Source of the DNA: Candidatus Yanofskybacteria bacterium RIFCSPHIGHO2_01_FULL_41_26
GTDB taxonomy: Bacteria > Patescibacteriota > Minisyncoccia > 2-02-FULL-40-12 > GWA2-44-9
Direction: 5' to 3'
Assembly (NCBI GenBank): GCA_001794055.1
Contig: MGJB01000006.1
Span: 90,168 to 154,167 of the forward strand
DNA length: 64,000 nucleotides
The position numbers were made by a program, and so were the translations under genes. Shown piece by piece: positions 48,539 through 59,389 of this stretch (positions are counted from its first letter, which is position 1; each line of letters starts with the position of its first letter). Under the pieces are notes generated by a model. It had not been told where the DNA came from. It saw nothing but the letters and a program-made list of their open reading frames with translations, and searched no databases.

Positions 48539-49282
48539 ATGTTTGAAAAGTTACGACATCTAGGACTTTCTGAAAACGAAGCCAAAATATATATGGCCAT
48601 GTTGGAGTTGGGCCCTTCAATAGTAGTTGAAATTGCAAGAAAATCCCAAATCAACAGACCGACTTCTTATGTTCAGATTGAATCCCTCAAGAAAAAAGGG
48701 CTTGTCAGCACTCAAATAAAAGGCAAAAAACAATACTTCATGGCCGAATCTCCCGATAAATTAGAACTCCTGATAGATAGTGAGTTCAAAACACTTGAAA
48801 ACAAAAAAAGTGAACTAAATACTTTTTTGCCGGAATTACTGAATCTTTTTAATAGTTCTGATCAGAGACCGCATGTTAAATTCTTTGAAGGCAAAGAAGG
48901 TGTTTTGGCTTTGCAAAAAGAATTTTTAAAAACAGATGATACTCCTATACTTGGAATCACATCTCTAGATAACGTATTTGAAGTATTCCCTGAATTTGAA
49001 AATACTTACATAAAGAAAAGAGTCCAAAAGAAAATATCTTCCCGAACGATTTATACTTCCAAGAAAGGCCCCATATTAAAAGAATCGGACGAGACAAGCT
49101 TACGAGAATCCAAATACGTTGAGCCGAATCAATTGCCTCTCGGAATTGATATCACTGTTTTCAAAAACAAGGTTGCCATTGCAGCCCTTAAGGGTAAAAT
49201 ATCCGGAACCCTAATCGAACACGAAGAAGTTGCCGATTCTTTCAGGGCAATTTTTGAACTTGTTTGGAGTAAAATAGATTAA
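48539..49282 (+). CDS. TrmB-family transcriptional regulator
   Basis: N-terminal HTH: GLSENEAKIYMAMLELGPSIVVEIARKSQINRPTSYVQIESLKKKGLV. A possible leaderless promoter TTGTCC-17-TACAAT ends 7 nt before the ATG. Confidence 0.75.
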   Translation: MFEKLRHLGLSENEAKIYMAMLELGPSIVVEIARKSQINRPTSYVQIESLKKKGLVSTQIKGKKQYFMAESPDKLELLIDSEFKTLENKKSELNTFLPELLNLFNSSDQRPHVKFFEGKEGVLALQKEFLKTDDTPILGITSLDNVFEVFPEFENTYIKKRVQKKISSRTIYTSKKGPILKESDETSLRESKYVEPNQLPLGIDITVFKNKVAIAALKGKISGTLIEHEEVADSFRAIFELVWSKID

Positions 49283-49291
49283 AAATCAAAC

Positions 49292-49552
49292 TTACAGTCC
49301 TTGTAGGTCTTTGTCTATCGCATCAAATTCTGAATTTAAATCTCCTACATCAACACTGTTTATATCCTGATTAATGGCGGCAGCCTCGACATCAGGCGTA
49401 GGACTAACCTGAACTTGTGGAGGAACTGACACTTCTCTCATCCACCACACCAAAGCAAGTAATACCACTACTCCGGCTACAACAGTAATTAAAACTGTTT
49501 TTTTGTTACCATCCGAAGAATAATCTGCCATGTTATTTTGTGTATTTTCCAT
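49292..49552 (-). CDS. hypothetical small membrane protein
   Basis: Single TM (VLITVVAGVVVLLALVWWM). Confidence 0.35.
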   Translation of the reverse strand: MENTQNNMADYSSDGNKKTVLITVVAGVVVLLALVWWMREVSVPPQVQVSPTPDVEAAAINQDINSVDVGDLNSEFDAIDKDLQGL

Positions 49553-49571
49553 GTTTGTTTAGTTGGTTATT

Positions 49572-50438
49572 TTATTGAACTGGAGTCGCTTGCGGTGAGC
49601 TTGTCGAAGCCGGACTCGGAGAAATTGAAGGTGATGTTGTTGGCGTTGGCGAAATTTTGGGCTTAACAACAAGCTGAGCCAGTGCTACGGCCGCATCTTT
49701 AACAGCTGAATGAGCAGCCTTGACTGCGTCTCTTACTTCGACTAAATCGGCGCCAAGAGATTGGCGAGCTTTGCCGACATCAACCTTCAAAGCGCTTTCA
49801 CTGGTAACTTTGATTGTATATGTCTTTCCAGACTGAGTTTCTACAGCTGTGCGGGCCAATGCAATAGCAGTGATAGCCTTTTCTGCCGCCAAACGAACCT
49901 CTGAAACATCAAGCCCTCTTTCTGTAGAAACCCTATCGGCTCTCTTACTGACTCTAACCATCATTTCCTCAAGCTTGTCCAACACATTAGAAAAATGCTG
50001 TACCATTTTTTCATTTAATGCATCCATTCGCTGGTCTATTCGCTCCACAGTTTCTTTCTTGCGTACATCTTTAATTTTTTCAAGACGTGTTTTAAGTTCT
50101 TCTCTTTTAGTCTTGATTTCATCTTTCAATGCTTCTCTTTTTGTTTTGACTGTTTCCTTAAATTCTTCTCTGCGTTTTTGGATATCTTCCCTTACCGCTT
50201 CTGTTGTGTTTTTAAGTTCAGCTTTTGCATCCTTAATCTCAACCCTCACTTTAGTTTTAGCATCTTTGATATTCTTCTGAAGTTGATCTTTCTGCTCTCG
50301 CATTTTGACTTTAACTGCTGGAGAAGCAGACACATTCGTGGGAAGAATAGACACATTCTTATTCGAATCTTCAGCCAAAGCTAAATAACTCACTGACAAA
50401 ACACCGACCAAAACCGAAGAAATAATATATTTATTCAT
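49572..50438 (-). CDS. secreted coiled-coil protein with C-terminal Pro/Thr/Ser-rich tail
   Basis: Signal peptide. K/E-rich heptad-like repeats (KTKREELKTRLEKIKDVRKKE). C-terminal PTPTTSPSISPSPASTSSPQATP. Confidence 0.5.
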   Translation of the reverse strand: MNKYIISSVLVGVLSVSYLALAEDSNKNVSILPTNVSASPAVKVKMREQKDQLQKNIKDAKTKVRVEIKDAKAELKNTTEAVREDIQKRREEFKETVKTKREALKDEIKTKREELKTRLEKIKDVRKKETVERIDQRMDALNEKMVQHFSNVLDKLEEMMVRVSKRADRVSTERGLDVSEVRLAAEKAITAIALARTAVETQSGKTYTIKVTSESALKVDVGKARQSLGADLVEVRDAVKAAHSAVKDAAVALAQLVVKPKISPTPTTSPSISPSPASTSSPQATPVQ

Positions 50439-50472
50439 TTTGTTTATATTGTTTGTTAATTTTAAATTATTT

Positions 50473-50730
50473 TTAATTTAAATCCAATTCATCCAACAAT
50501 TTACCCAGCTCATTAAGTTCCTGATCAACCGATGCGTTTTCTCTCAAGTCTCTTTCCTGGCTTCGGACAACTGAATATATTGAGGCGTTCAGGATTTCAA
50601 ATTCTGTATTAGCTTGGTGAAATTGCAAGCTTAAAGAAATTGCCACGCCAAAAATAGCAATCAAGGCCAAAACCAAATGAAAATCAAGCTGTTTTTCCAA
50701 TAAATTCATGAAATTCCTCATTGACTTCAT
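50473..50730 (-). CDS. hypothetical small membrane protein
   Basis: One TM (LVLALIAIFGVAISLSL). Confidence 0.35.
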   Translation of the reverse strand: MKSMRNFMNLLEKQLDFHLVLALIAIFGVAISLSLQFHQANTEFEILNASIYSVVRSQERDLRENASVDQELNELGKLLDELDLN

Positions 50731-50825
50731 TTTAATAGAAAACCAAAGAAATACAAAACGAATTTGTTTATAACTAATTTGTGTGATTTAATTACGGCAA
50801 CTGTTATTTAAAAACGGCTTTCGCA

Positions 50826-51563
50826 ATGGAAATATGGGCACATCAGGGCAAAATAAGCCCAAATTACCCGGGGAATACTTTAGCTGACTTTAATCAGGCT
50901 CATGAAATAGGCGTCAAGGGAATTGAAACCGATGTTTGTTTTACTGCTCCGGACAAAAATGGAAAACAAAGGCCTGTAATTCATCATCCCAACAAAGACG
51001 GTGCTCCGCCAAACGAAAGTCTTCCAAGCCTAGATTCGTTTTTGGAATTACTTAAAAGCTTACCTAAGCTTTCATGTTGTCTTGAACTAAAAGAAGATAA
51101 TGAAAAACTGGTAAGCGCAGTAGTTGATAAAATTACTGAATACGGACTAGAGGGTAGGATTTATCTCACCGTTTGCCAAACAAGGGTCCCATTTCTGCAA
51201 CTTGAAGCTTCAGCAAAACTTATTTTTAAAGCCAGAGTCCAAAATCCCAAAATTAAAACCCACATCATCGCGACATTTCCATTCAACCTGCCTGCTTTAG
51301 CCCGCAAATACAGTCCCGATATCATATCCCTCGGTTGGCTGCCTGAATCAAAATTAAGTGAATGGTTTTTTAAAACGTTTTTGATGAAACTTGTAAATTT
51401 GAGGCACCAAATAAAACTGGTTCAGGATGCGGGCACAAAAATTATCGGAGGAATTGTAAATGAAGAAAAAGATTTTGAATATTTTGTCCATCTTAACGTA
51501 GATGGAATTATGACCGATAACTCTATCACCGCCATGAAATTCATAGAAACAAAATCCCCTTAA
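50826..51563 (+). CDS. glycerophosphodiester phosphodiesterase (GDPD family)
   Basis: IWAHQG...GNTLADF...GVKGIETDVCFTAPDKNG resembles the GDPD N-terminal H-R/Q-G and E-x-D blocks. Confidence 0.65.
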   Translation: MEIWAHQGKISPNYPGNTLADFNQAHEIGVKGIETDVCFTAPDKNGKQRPVIHHPNKDGAPPNESLPSLDSFLELLKSLPKLSCCLELKEDNEKLVSAVVDKITEYGLEGRIYLTVCQTRVPFLQLEASAKLIFKARVQNPKIKTHIIATFPFNLPALARKYSPDIISLGWLPESKLSEWFFKTFLMKLVNLRHQIKLVQDAGTKIIGGIVNEEKDFEYFVHLNVDGIMTDNSITAMKFIETKSP

Positions 51564-51609
51564 CGGGGATTTATTACGTAGGATAAAGATTGTGTAAACT
51601 GTTAAAATT

Positions 51610-53610
51610 TTACAAAAACCTTGCTATAAGCAGCGCCACAATGTTGGCCACCTTAATCATTGGATTGATGGCTGGGCCGGCGGTATCTTTGTAAGGGTCG
51701 CCTACCGTATCTCCTGTTACAGCCGCCTTGTGAGCATCGGATCCTTTTCCACCATAGTTTCCGTCTTCAATATATTTTTTGGCGTTGTCCCAAGCCGCAC
51801 CACCCGATGTCATTGAAATCGCAACAAACAATCCAGTAACAATCACGCCGACGAGCAATCCCCCAAGCGCCTCAGGGCCAAGAATAAATCCAACAAGCAC
51901 AGGAATAAGTATCGGTATTAAAGCCGGCAATATCATCTCCCTCAATGCGGCCTTGGTCACAATATCAACCGCAGTCGAATAATCAGGTTTTGCTGTTCCT
52001 TGCATAATTCCAGCTATCTCCCTGAACTGTCTTCGTACCTCATCAACAACTGCTCCCGCTGCTTTTCCAACAGATTGCATGGCAAGCGAACCAAACAAGT
52101 AAGGCATCATTCCTCCGATAAATAATCCAATGAGCACTCTGATGTCGGAAAGTTCAAAAACTACAATTCTTCCAAATTCAGAAAGTTCCTGCGTGTATGC
52201 CGCAAACAAAACCATTGCCGCGAGTCCCGCCGAAGCAATAGCATATCCTTTTGTGACAGCTTTAGTTGTATTTCCAACAGCATCAAGTGTGTCAGTGTGT
52301 TCACGAACTTCCTTCGGTAATCCCGCCATCTCGGCGATACCGCCGGCGTTGTCGGTAATCGGACCAAACGAGTCAATCGCCAAAATAAGACCGGTTAAAG
52401 AAAGCATGCTCATCGTTGCTAATGCAATTCCATATAATCCCGTCAATGAATAAGCGAGGAACATTGCCCCGGCAATTACAATTACAGGTAACGTGGTTGA
52501 TTCCATTGAGACGGCTAGTCCAGCAATAATGTTTGTGCCGTGTCCGGTCGTTGAGGCCTTGGCAATCTTTTTAACAGGGCTGAATTTTTTAGAAGTATAA
52601 TAATCCGTCACTAAAACCATAAGAGCCGTAACCGCGATACCAATTAATAAGGACGAAAACAATCCTCCATTGCTAATTCCACTTACGACAGTATTTCTGG
52701 TGACCCAATAAAATAATCCGACAAGAATAATTGCAGTAGCGCCAAGGCCCTTATAAAGAGCATTCATAATGCCACCAGCTTGCCCTGAGGAATTCGAAGG
52801 AGTGAGACGCACAAACAAAGAACCGATAATTGATGCAAAAACTCCTAGTGCTCCGATGAATAATGGAAATTCAACCACAGAGGTTGAACCTCCGTAAAGT
52901 AAACTACCGAGCAGCATTACCGATAAAGCCGAAACAACATAAGTTTCAAAAACATCGGCCGCCATGCCAGCACAATCGCTGACATTATCCCCCACCTGAT
53001 CGGCAATAACTGCTGGATTCCTGGGATCATCTTCGGGAATTCCGGCTTCAACTTTTCCGACAAGGTCGGCTCCGACATCAGCGCCTTTGGTAAATATTCC
53101 ACCTCCGAGACGAGCAAATACAGAAATTAAAGAAGCGCCAAAACCCAAACCAATAAGTGACTTCACATCACCACTCCACCAATAAAAAACTGTGAGCGAC
53201 AACAGAGCCAAACCAACAACAAAAAATCCGGTAACAGCACCGCCCTTAAAACCCATATCAAAAGCTCGAGCCAAACCATGTTTAGCTTCTTCAGCCACAC
53301 GGCCATTAGCCCTGACCGCAATCATCATTCCGATATATCCAGCTAAAGCAGATGAAACTGCACCAACAATAAATCCCGCTGCGAGTGTAAAACCAAGCCA
53401 TTTCCATAGTATTAAAACAGCAACCACTCCGACAAAAAAGACTGTTCTGTTTTGTCTTTTTAAATAAGCTGAAGCCCCTTCCTGAATGGCTTTTTGGATG
53501 GAGACCATTTTTTCATCCCCAGCCGACTTCTTGAGCACTCCCCAAATCAAAAACGCGCCATATCCCAGCGACGCCACCGACGCTAACAATGAAAGTAGTA
53601 ATGTATTCAT
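51610..53610 (-). CDS. hppA: membrane-bound proton-translocating pyrophosphatase (K+-independent type)
   Basis: [20 protein letters not shown]...[22 protein letters not shown]-PPase signatures. The GNTTKA motif (Lys rather than Ala) is the established marker of K+-independent enzymes. Confidence 0.9.
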   Translation of the reverse strand: MNTLLLSLLASVASLGYGAFLIWGVLKKSAGDEKMVSIQKAIQEGASAYLKRQNRTVFFVGVVAVLILWKWLGFTLAAGFIVGAVSSALAGYIGMMIAVRANGRVAEEAKHGLARAFDMGFKGGAVTGFFVVGLALLSLTVFYWWSGDVKSLIGLGFGASLISVFARLGGGIFTKGADVGADLVGKVEAGIPEDDPRNPAVIADQVGDNVSDCAGMAADVFETYVVSALSVMLLGSLLYGGSTSVVEFPLFIGALGVFASIIGSLFVRLTPSNSSGQAGGIMNALYKGLGATAIILVGLFYWVTRNTVVSGISNGGLFSSLLIGIAVTALMVLVTDYYTSKKFSPVKKIAKASTTGHGTNIIAGLAVSMESTTLPVIVIAGAMFLAYSLTGLYGIALATMSMLSLTGLILAIDSFGPITDNAGGIAEMAGLPKEVREHTDTLDAVGNTTKAVTKGYAIASAGLAAMVLFAAYTQELSEFGRIVVFELSDIRVLIGLFIGGMMPYLFGSLAMQSVGKAAGAVVDEVRRQFREIAGIMQGTAKPDYSTAVDIVTKAALREMILPALIPILIPVLVGFILGPEALGGLLVGVIVTGLFVAISMTSGGAAWDNAKKYIEDGNYGGKGSDAHKAAVTGDTVGDPYKDTAGPAINPMIKVANIVALLIARFL

Positions 53611-53656
53611 CCCGCTAAAATACCAAATTCTCCGAAAAATTTCAAATCGTTTCTAA

Positions 53657-53706
53657 AATACAATGGGGGTCTTTGTATAAATGTATACAAAGACCCCCAT
53701 TGTATT
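53657..53706 (-). terminator. 23-bp perfect hairpin (likely terminator of 53801..54181)
   Basis: aatacaatgggggtctttgtata-aatg-tatacaaagacccccattgtatt. A T-rich run follows on the minus strand. Also lies in the hppA upstream region. Confidence 0.45.
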
Positions 53707-53800
53707 AGCACACCACCTCCGCCGGTTGATTAGGTTGATAGATGTAAATTGGCAATAATTTGTCAAACTAAAAGCCGAGATAAATCCCGGCCTTAAAAAA

Positions 53801-54181
53801 CTATTCCAATTCTGCCAGCCTTTTCTGTAAATTCTCTATTTCTCTTAATGTACTTTCCGTTCCTTGCCATCTAGCCCTACCGGCAACAATCGTGAGCTCA
53901 TCTATTCTGGCCTTAAGAATCTTTTTCTCGTTACGACCACATTGCAAACCAAAACAAAAAGCTTTGGCCAAATTAGATGGAGTAAAAGGATCTTTGGTAA
54001 AAGATAAAAGATGTTCGATATTTTGAGAATACTCTTCGTTAGCCTTAAATGTTTCTAATATTTCCCAATAGTAATTGAAGCTGTCCCTACTTCCATTGGC
54101 TTGCCATAAATCTTCAAAGCTTCTATACAAACCACAACGAATATCGTTAGAAATCTTACTTTTCAATACAATAAATAACAT
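53801..54181 (-). CDS. hypothetical protein
   Basis: 126-aa ORF. No recognisable motif. Confidence 0.35.
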   Translation of the reverse strand: MLFIVLKSKISNDIRCGLYRSFEDLWQANGSRDSFNYYWEILETFKANEEYSQNIEHLLSFTKDPFTPSNLAKAFCFGLQCGRNEKKILKARIDELTIVAGRARWQGTESTLREIENLQKRLAELE

Positions 54182-54459
54182 AGTCCTCTCCTCCTCTCCC
54201 GATTGTTAAAGTACCCCAGACAAAAAACCACCTTGGCTTGTCTGGCCAAGACGTTCTTGAGAAAAGATAATCTTGAAGAGGGTTAACTAATCAAAACCGC
54301 CGTGGCCAAAAAGCCAAAATAGGCGTATTTCTTATAGCCACGGTTATTAACTGCCAAATTGTGGTTCTGGTTAAACTTCATTGAGAGAATTTTAACAAAA
54401 TTTACCGATCTTGTCAAACCCCGCCTCATCAAATGACAAAAATAATGGGGGGCGGAGCG

Positions 54460-55515
54460 CTACACTCTCGGAGCGTCTATTTTTTCTACATCGTCTCGTT
54501 CCCCTATCTCAACTACATTCTTGACCCTGTCGGCCATAAGTGAGAGGCGTTTTTCGGAAGCATCGTATGCGGATTTAGTATTATCAATATGTTTTCCAAG
54601 GCGCTGGAAATCTTCGGCGAGTTTGTTGCTATCGGTGTAAATGCGTTCAAGGCGTTTCATGACTTCTTTGGTCTGCTTGTTAAATTCCACATCTTTAAAC
54701 CAGTGACGGATAGCTGATATTGAAAGAGCAAATGTGTTTGGTGAAACGAGAAAAACTCTTTTTGAACGGGCATAGCTCGGAATATCTACATCTTTAATGT
54801 TGTTAATAACTTCGTAATAAACCGTCTCGGCCGGCACATACATCAATGCCAAATCTGTTGTCCCCTCCGACGGCAAGAGATACTTGGATGCAATCTCATC
54901 TATTTTCTTTTTCACATCGGAATAAAATGATTTGCGATGAATATCTTTTTGAATGTCATTATCGGCGTTGACCATTTTTTCAAAATTTTCCCAATTGAAT
55001 TTAGAATCGATCGGCAAAATAAGTCTGTTTGGCAGATTCAACACAGCATCAACCGCTTCGCCCGATTTAAAATAATGCTGGAGCTCATACATGTCTTTGG
55101 AGAAATACTGATTGAGCGCCGCCTCAAGCGAAGCTTCACCCCAAATACCGCGAAGCTTCGGCGATTTAAAAATATCCTGAAATGAAGAAACGCTTTTCAC
55201 AGACGCGTGCATCTGTTTCATATTTTCCTGAATCTGGGTCATGTTCTGGGTAAAACTCTGAACCTGTCGACTTACGGTCAGTGTCGCTCGTTCGCCTGCT
55301 TGTCTGTTCTTTTCAAGTTGGTCATTCATCAGAGCCGAAAGAGCATCAAAGCGCTGATGGAGCACCAGATACTTCTCATCGGGTTCTTGTTTCTTCGGCC
55401 TCATCATCAAATAGACATTGATACCCAATAAAATCAGAGTTGCCGAAGAAACAACAAGAATTAATATAAATAATTGATTGGCCATTGTGGTCAGATATTT
55501 AATCCATTTTATCAT
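54460..55515 (-). CDS. rmuC: DNA recombination protein RmuC
   Basis: N-terminal TM + coiled coil, then RGIWGEASLEAALNQYF (RmuC GxWGE motif). Start placed at MIKWIKYL. Confidence 0.7.
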   Translation of the reverse strand: MIKWIKYLTTMANQLFILILVVSSATLILLGINVYLMMRPKKQEPDEKYLVLHQRFDALSALMNDQLEKNRQAGERATLTVSRQVQSFTQNMTQIQENMKQMHASVKSVSSFQDIFKSPKLRGIWGEASLEAALNQYFSKDMYELQHYFKSGEAVDAVLNLPNRLILPIDSKFNWENFEKMVNADNDIQKDIHRKSFYSDVKKKIDEIASKYLLPSEGTTDLALMYVPAETVYYEVINNIKDVDIPSYARSKRVFLVSPNTFALSISAIRHWFKDVEFNKQTKEVMKRLERIYTDSNKLAEDFQRLGKHIDNTKSAYDASEKRLSLMADRVKNVVEIGERDDVEKIDAPRV

Positions 55516-55553
55516 ATAAAAAAACCTCTCGCAATGAGAGATTGAATATACAA

Positions 55554-56630
55554 CTAAGGAATCCACTGATATAAAAATCCGGGCGGAGGCAAAGCATTCT
55601 CAACAATTTTTTCCGCCTTCCCAGAATTTACACGCGAAACACTTTCAATGAAAGCATCAAAAAAACCAATTTCTTTCTGATAAATTACTAGCCGCGGATT
55701 AGTAACCCCGGTTAATTCTTTAGCCACTTCAATGGCTTTTTTTATATAGCCAACCTCGTCTACAAGACCGAGAAGCTTGGCGTCCTGAGCCGTCCAAACT
55801 TCGCCTGTAGCTAATACATCCATCTCTGAACTACCTAATTTCCTGCCCGCCCTCACGATCGCAACAAATCTTCCATACAAAGTATCGACAATCCTTTGAA
55901 GAACCCTTCTCTCTCTTTCAGACATTTTCCTGAAAGGAGAGCCGATATCTTTCATCTCGCTTGATTTAATAGTCTCTATTTTTAGTCCAATCTTTCCGGC
56001 CAAACCTTCAAAATTATACAATTCCATAATAACGCCGATACTTCCGACTATGGATGTCGGCGAGGCGACAATTTTGTCCGAGTTTGCGGTAATATAGTAA
56101 GCGCCCGAAGCAGACATGGAATTTACAAAAGCCACAGTCTTAATCCCATAAGTTTTAAGTTTTAACACCTCGTTGAACAGCTTATCGCAAGCCGTTACTT
56201 CACCGCCCGGACTGTCAATATAAAAAATGACCGCCTTAGTGGAAAAATTTTTCTGAGCCGCAATGAAAAGCTGGTCAAATAAATTTTGATAAGAATCTCC
56301 GTCCGCAATTGCTCCGTTTATCGGAATTATCACAAAATCGCCTGTTGTCGGTTTCTGATTCTCAACAATCTGGGATTGTATTGATATTTTATCCGAGAAC
56401 TGCCGATCTCTTATAGCTTCTTCAATAAATAATTTTTCTGTATAGTTTTTATAGACTTTTGAACTTCCACTAGAATTAAAAAACAAGTAATAACCGCCAA
56501 ACCAGACAACAAAGCCTATTGTTGCAGGTATAATGGATCTTATAAAAGCATTGGCCAAGACTCTTTTTATTTTCACTTGATTCCTTTTTAAAGGTGCCCC
56601 GAAGAATAGATAACAAAAAACAGCAACCAT
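55554..56630 (-). CDS. sppA: signal peptide peptidase SppA (S49 family)
   Basis: IDSPGGEVTACDKLFNEV...SMSASGAYYIT S49 serine/lysine dyad blocks. Start trimmed so as not to overlap the tRNA. Confidence 0.7.
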   Translation of the reverse strand: MVAVFCYLFFGAPLKRNQVKIKRVLANAFIRSIIPATIGFVVWFGGYYLFFNSSGSSKVYKNYTEKLFIEEAIRDRQFSDKISIQSQIVENQKPTTGDFVIIPINGAIADGDSYQNLFDQLFIAAQKNFSTKAVIFYIDSPGGEVTACDKLFNEVLKLKTYGIKTVAFVNSMSASGAYYITANSDKIVASPTSIVGSIGVIMELYNFEGLAGKIGLKIETIKSSEMKDIGSPFRKMSERERRVLQRIVDTLYGRFVAIVRAGRKLGSSEMDVLATGEVWTAQDAKLLGLVDEVGYIKKAIEVAKELTGVTNPRLVIYQKEIGFFDAFIESVSRVNSGKAEKIVENALPPPGFLYQWIP

Positions 56631-56648
56631 GTCCAATCGCATCAAATT

Positions 56649-56724
56649 TGGTGGACCGGAGGGGGCTTGAACCCCTAACCTCCCGCGTGCAAGGCGGGTG
56701 CTCTACCAATTGAGCTACCGGCCC
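56649..56724 (-). tRNA. tRNA-Ala(TGC)
   Basis: GGGCCGG acceptor with G3:U70, D-arm GCTCAATTGGTAGAGC, anticodon loop CTTGCAC, T-arm AGGGGTTCAAGCCCCT, encoded CCA. Confidence 0.85.
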
Positions 56725-56789
56725 CTTACATTTTCAATAAATTATGCTATACTATAACACAGTTTATTGACACTTAAAAGGAATTCCGA

Positions 56790-57134
56790 ATGGTTACAAT
56801 AACACCTGATGCTGCCACTAAATTAAAAGAGTTGATCGCTCAAGAAAATAAAGACGCCCAAATTCCAGAAACCGCTGGTTTAAGATTGTTTGTCCAGGGC
56901 GGGGGTTGTTCAGGATTCCAATATGGGTTATCCATAGAAAAATCCCCGGCGGCAAACGACAGTGTTTTTGAATCTAATGGAATTAAGATTTTTGTTGATC
57001 CCATCAGTATCAGCTACTTGGCCGGAGCAGAAATAAGTTTTGAGGACAAAGACTTAATGGGCGGCGGATTTAAGATTAACAATCCTAATGCCAAAGGGAC
57101 CTGCGGCTGCGGCCAGTCGTTCGATCCCAAATAA
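56790..57134 (+). CDS. A-type iron-sulfur cluster carrier (IscA/ErpA/HesB family)
   Basis: LRLFVQGGGCSGFQYG...VDPISISYLAGAEISF...GTCGCGQSF. Confidence 0.85.
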   Translation: MVTITPDAATKLKELIAQENKDAQIPETAGLRLFVQGGGCSGFQYGLSIEKSPAANDSVFESNGIKIFVDPISISYLAGAEISFEDKDLMGGGFKINNPNAKGTCGCGQSFDPK

Positions 57135-57156
57135 CCCGTTTACAACGGGCTTTTTA
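57134..57156 (+). terminator. intrinsic terminator
   Basis: cccgtt-tac-aacggg followed by ctttttatttg. Confidence 0.6.
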
Positions 57157-57187
57157 TTTGGTAATCTTTTTATGTTTTTTATAATTT

Positions 57188-57259
57188 GCGGGCGTAGTTC
57201 AGTGGTAGAACGCTGTCCTGATAAGACAGAGGCCCTTGGTCCGATTCCAAGCGCCCGCA
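57188..57259 (+). tRNA. tRNA-Ile(GAT)
   Basis: GCGGGCG acceptor, D-arm GTTCAGTGGTAGAAC, anticodon loop CTGATAA. The T-loop reads TCCGATT (C at position 55). No encoded CCA. Confidence 0.8.
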
Positions 57260-57290
57260 CAAAAAAATAAGAAGTTTTCTAATGACATAT

Positions 57291-57881
57291 TTACAATGCC
57301 TGCAACTCTTTTAATGTTTTTCTGTAGAGGCCAACCGCTCTTTTGGCTTCAGTGTAGCGGAGAAAATAATTAGTGTCATGAACTAATCGGTTTCTTATCT
57401 TATGGGCTTCCCAAAGATTTTGAAGAGTTGTTAATTGGCCGGGTTGGATATTCATAAGCCGATCTCCCATCGTATCTCCGAGAAATCCGGCGCTTTTCAA
57501 CAACTCGTCAACCAGTTTGTCGGCTTCAATGACAGCAAATTTCCATTCTGCTTCGCGGGTGGAGTTAATGTGTTTTTCAATTTCTTCCCAGCGAACATTC
57601 AATCCTGATATAGCCGGTTGAGGAGGTAAGAATTCTTTGACTAAATTTACTTTTACCCCAATCAGTCTTTTTGTTTTTATTATAACTATTGCAATTAAAA
57701 TGCTGAGAAGAATACTGATTGCTATGAGAATTAATTTCACAATATTCCAGTTTTGGTCCTGTCCGAATCCCGGTAAATATTCCAAGGCTTGTGCAACTGT
57801 AAAATTTCCAATCTTAAAATCAGAAACATGATATAAATTTTCGGCAGTGTTTTGTATTAAGTTGTTATAGTAAACAGGCAT
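57291..57881 (-). CDS. hypothetical membrane protein (possible HEPN-like Rx4H motif)
   Basis: Central TM (LILIAISILLSILIAIVII). C-terminal AHKIRNRLVHD. Weak evidence only. Confidence 0.35.
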   Translation of the reverse strand: MPVYYNNLIQNTAENLYHVSDFKIGNFTVAQALEYLPGFGQDQNWNIVKLILIAISILLSILIAIVIIKTKRLIGVKVNLVKEFLPPQPAISGLNVRWEEIEKHINSTREAEWKFAVIEADKLVDELLKSAGFLGDTMGDRLMNIQPGQLTTLQNLWEAHKIRNRLVHDTNYFLRYTEAKRAVGLYRKTLKELQAL

Positions 57882-59389
57882 TATTTTAGCACTTGTTCAA
57901 GCTGATAGGATACATTTAAAATTATTTCTTCGTCAAATGGCCGGCCTATAACCTGAAATCCAATTGGCATTTTGCTTTCTCTGCCCAAACCACAAGGAAT
58001 GGATATCCCCGGAAGGCCGGCAAGATTTAACGGAACAGTATAGATGTCTTCTAGGTACAGAGCCAAGGGATCGGACGTTTTCTCCCCCAACTTAAACGCC
58101 GTATGAGGCGCAGTTGGACCGACAATGACATCAACTCCGCCGGCTGACGGATTGAAAGCATCATCAAAATCTTTTTTAATTAAAGCCCTAACTTTTTGAG
58201 CTTTCAAATAATAAGCATCATAATAGCCGGATGATAATGCATAAGTGCCCAGCATAATACGGCGTTTAGGTTCAGGACCAAATCCTTCCGATCGAGATTC
58301 ACAATAAGAATCAAGCAAGGTTTTTGCGTCAGTTGATGAATAACCATAGCGAACACCATCGAAACGGGCAAGATTTGCTGAAACTTCGCATGGCACCGCT
58401 ATATAATATGCAGCCAAAGCATATTCAAAATTAGGCAGAGAAATATCGATAATATTACAACCAAGATTTTCTAATTTTTTGATAGTTGCTCTTATTTTTT
58501 CTTCAACTTCAGCCGAAAGTCCGGCACGAAAGAATTCTTTTGGCACACCAACCCTTAATCCTTTGATTGGTTTTTCAAGATTAGCAGTAAAATCGGGAAC
58601 TTCCCGGCTGACTGTGGTTGAGTCAAATATGTCATGGCCACAAATAACATTTAACACCAGAGCAGCATCATATACGTTTTTTGTAAGCGGACCAATTTGA
58701 TCAAATGATGAAGCCATGGCAATCAGACCATGCCTTGAGACCCGGCCATAAGTTGGTTTTAATCCGACAATTCCACACATGCTCGCAGGTTGGCGCACTG
58801 AACCGCCAGTATCAGAACCGAGAGCAAAAACAGCAAGGTCTGCGGCGACAGCCGCAGCAGAACCACCGGAAGAACCGCCGGGAACGCGAGTCAAATCATG
58901 AGGATTTTTAGTAGGTCCGAAAGCTGAATTTTCTGTTGAAGTCCCCATGGCGAATTCGTCAAGATTGGTTTTTCCAAGAAAGAATGTGCCGGCTTTTTTG
59001 AGTTTTTTAACAACTGTTGCATCATAAGAGGCGATATAATTTTTAAGTATTTTTGATCCGGCAGTAGCAATGGTTCCCTCAATAAGCATATTGTCCTTTA
59101 TTGCCGCAGGCACTCCAAACAAAGGTGTCCTTTGTTCCTCAAAATTTGTGGTATAATAATGTTGATCGAAAGTTGACAGATAGGCGTTTAGTTTTTTATT
59201 CTCCTTTTTAATTTTGTCAGAGTACTTTTTAAAAATTTCTTCTGCCTTAAAATGACCTTTTTGAAGGCCGTCTTTGATATCTTTAATTGTGAATCCTAAT
59301 GAGTTCATAATGTTATAAAGTTCGTAAAGTTCATCAAGGGCTTTATAAACTTTAAAAACTTTTAACTTTCTACTTGCGCGAAAAAACAC
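57881..59389 (-). CDS. gatA: Asp-tRNA(Asn)/Glu-tRNA(Gln) amidotransferase subunit A
   Basis: Amidase signature [32 protein letters not shown]. Confidence 0.9.
   Translation of the reverse strand: MFFRASRKLKVFKVYKALDELYELYNIMNSLGFTIKDIKDGLQKGHFKAEEIFKKYSDKIKKENKKLNAYLSTFDQHYYTTNFEEQRTPLFGVPAAIKDNMLIEGTIATAGSKILKNYIASYDATVVKKLKKAGTFFLGKTNLDEFAMGTSTENSAFGPTKNPHDLTRVPGGSSGGSAAAVAADLAVFALGSDTGGSVRQPASMCGIVGLKPTYGRVSRHGLIAMASSFDQIGPLTKNVYDAALVLNVICGHDIFDSTTVSREVPDFTANLEKPIKGLRVGVPKEFFRAGLSAEVEEKIRATIKKLENLGCNIIDISLPNFEYALAAYYIAVPCEVSANLARFDGVRYGYSSTDAKTLLDSYCESRSEGFGPEPKRRIMLGTYALSSGYYDAYYLKAQKVRALIKKDFDDAFNPSAGGVDVIVGPTAPHTAFKLGEKTSDPLALYLEDIYTVPLNLAGLPGISIPCGLGRESKMPIGFQVIGRPFDEEIILNVSYQLEQVLK

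Noticed and set aside
54400-54460. Apparent GC hairpin (ccccgcc ... ggggggcgg) downstream of rmuC
   Set aside because: The arms are not reverse complements (ccccgcc would need ggcgggg), so no stable stem forms. Not called a terminator.
56476-56709. ORF 56476-56709 (77 aa) and ORFs 57054-57260 / 57088-57270
   Set aside because: They overlap the tRNA-Ala and tRNA-Ile genes. The translations (VEHPPCTREVRGSSPL...) are the usual tRNA-derived artefacts.
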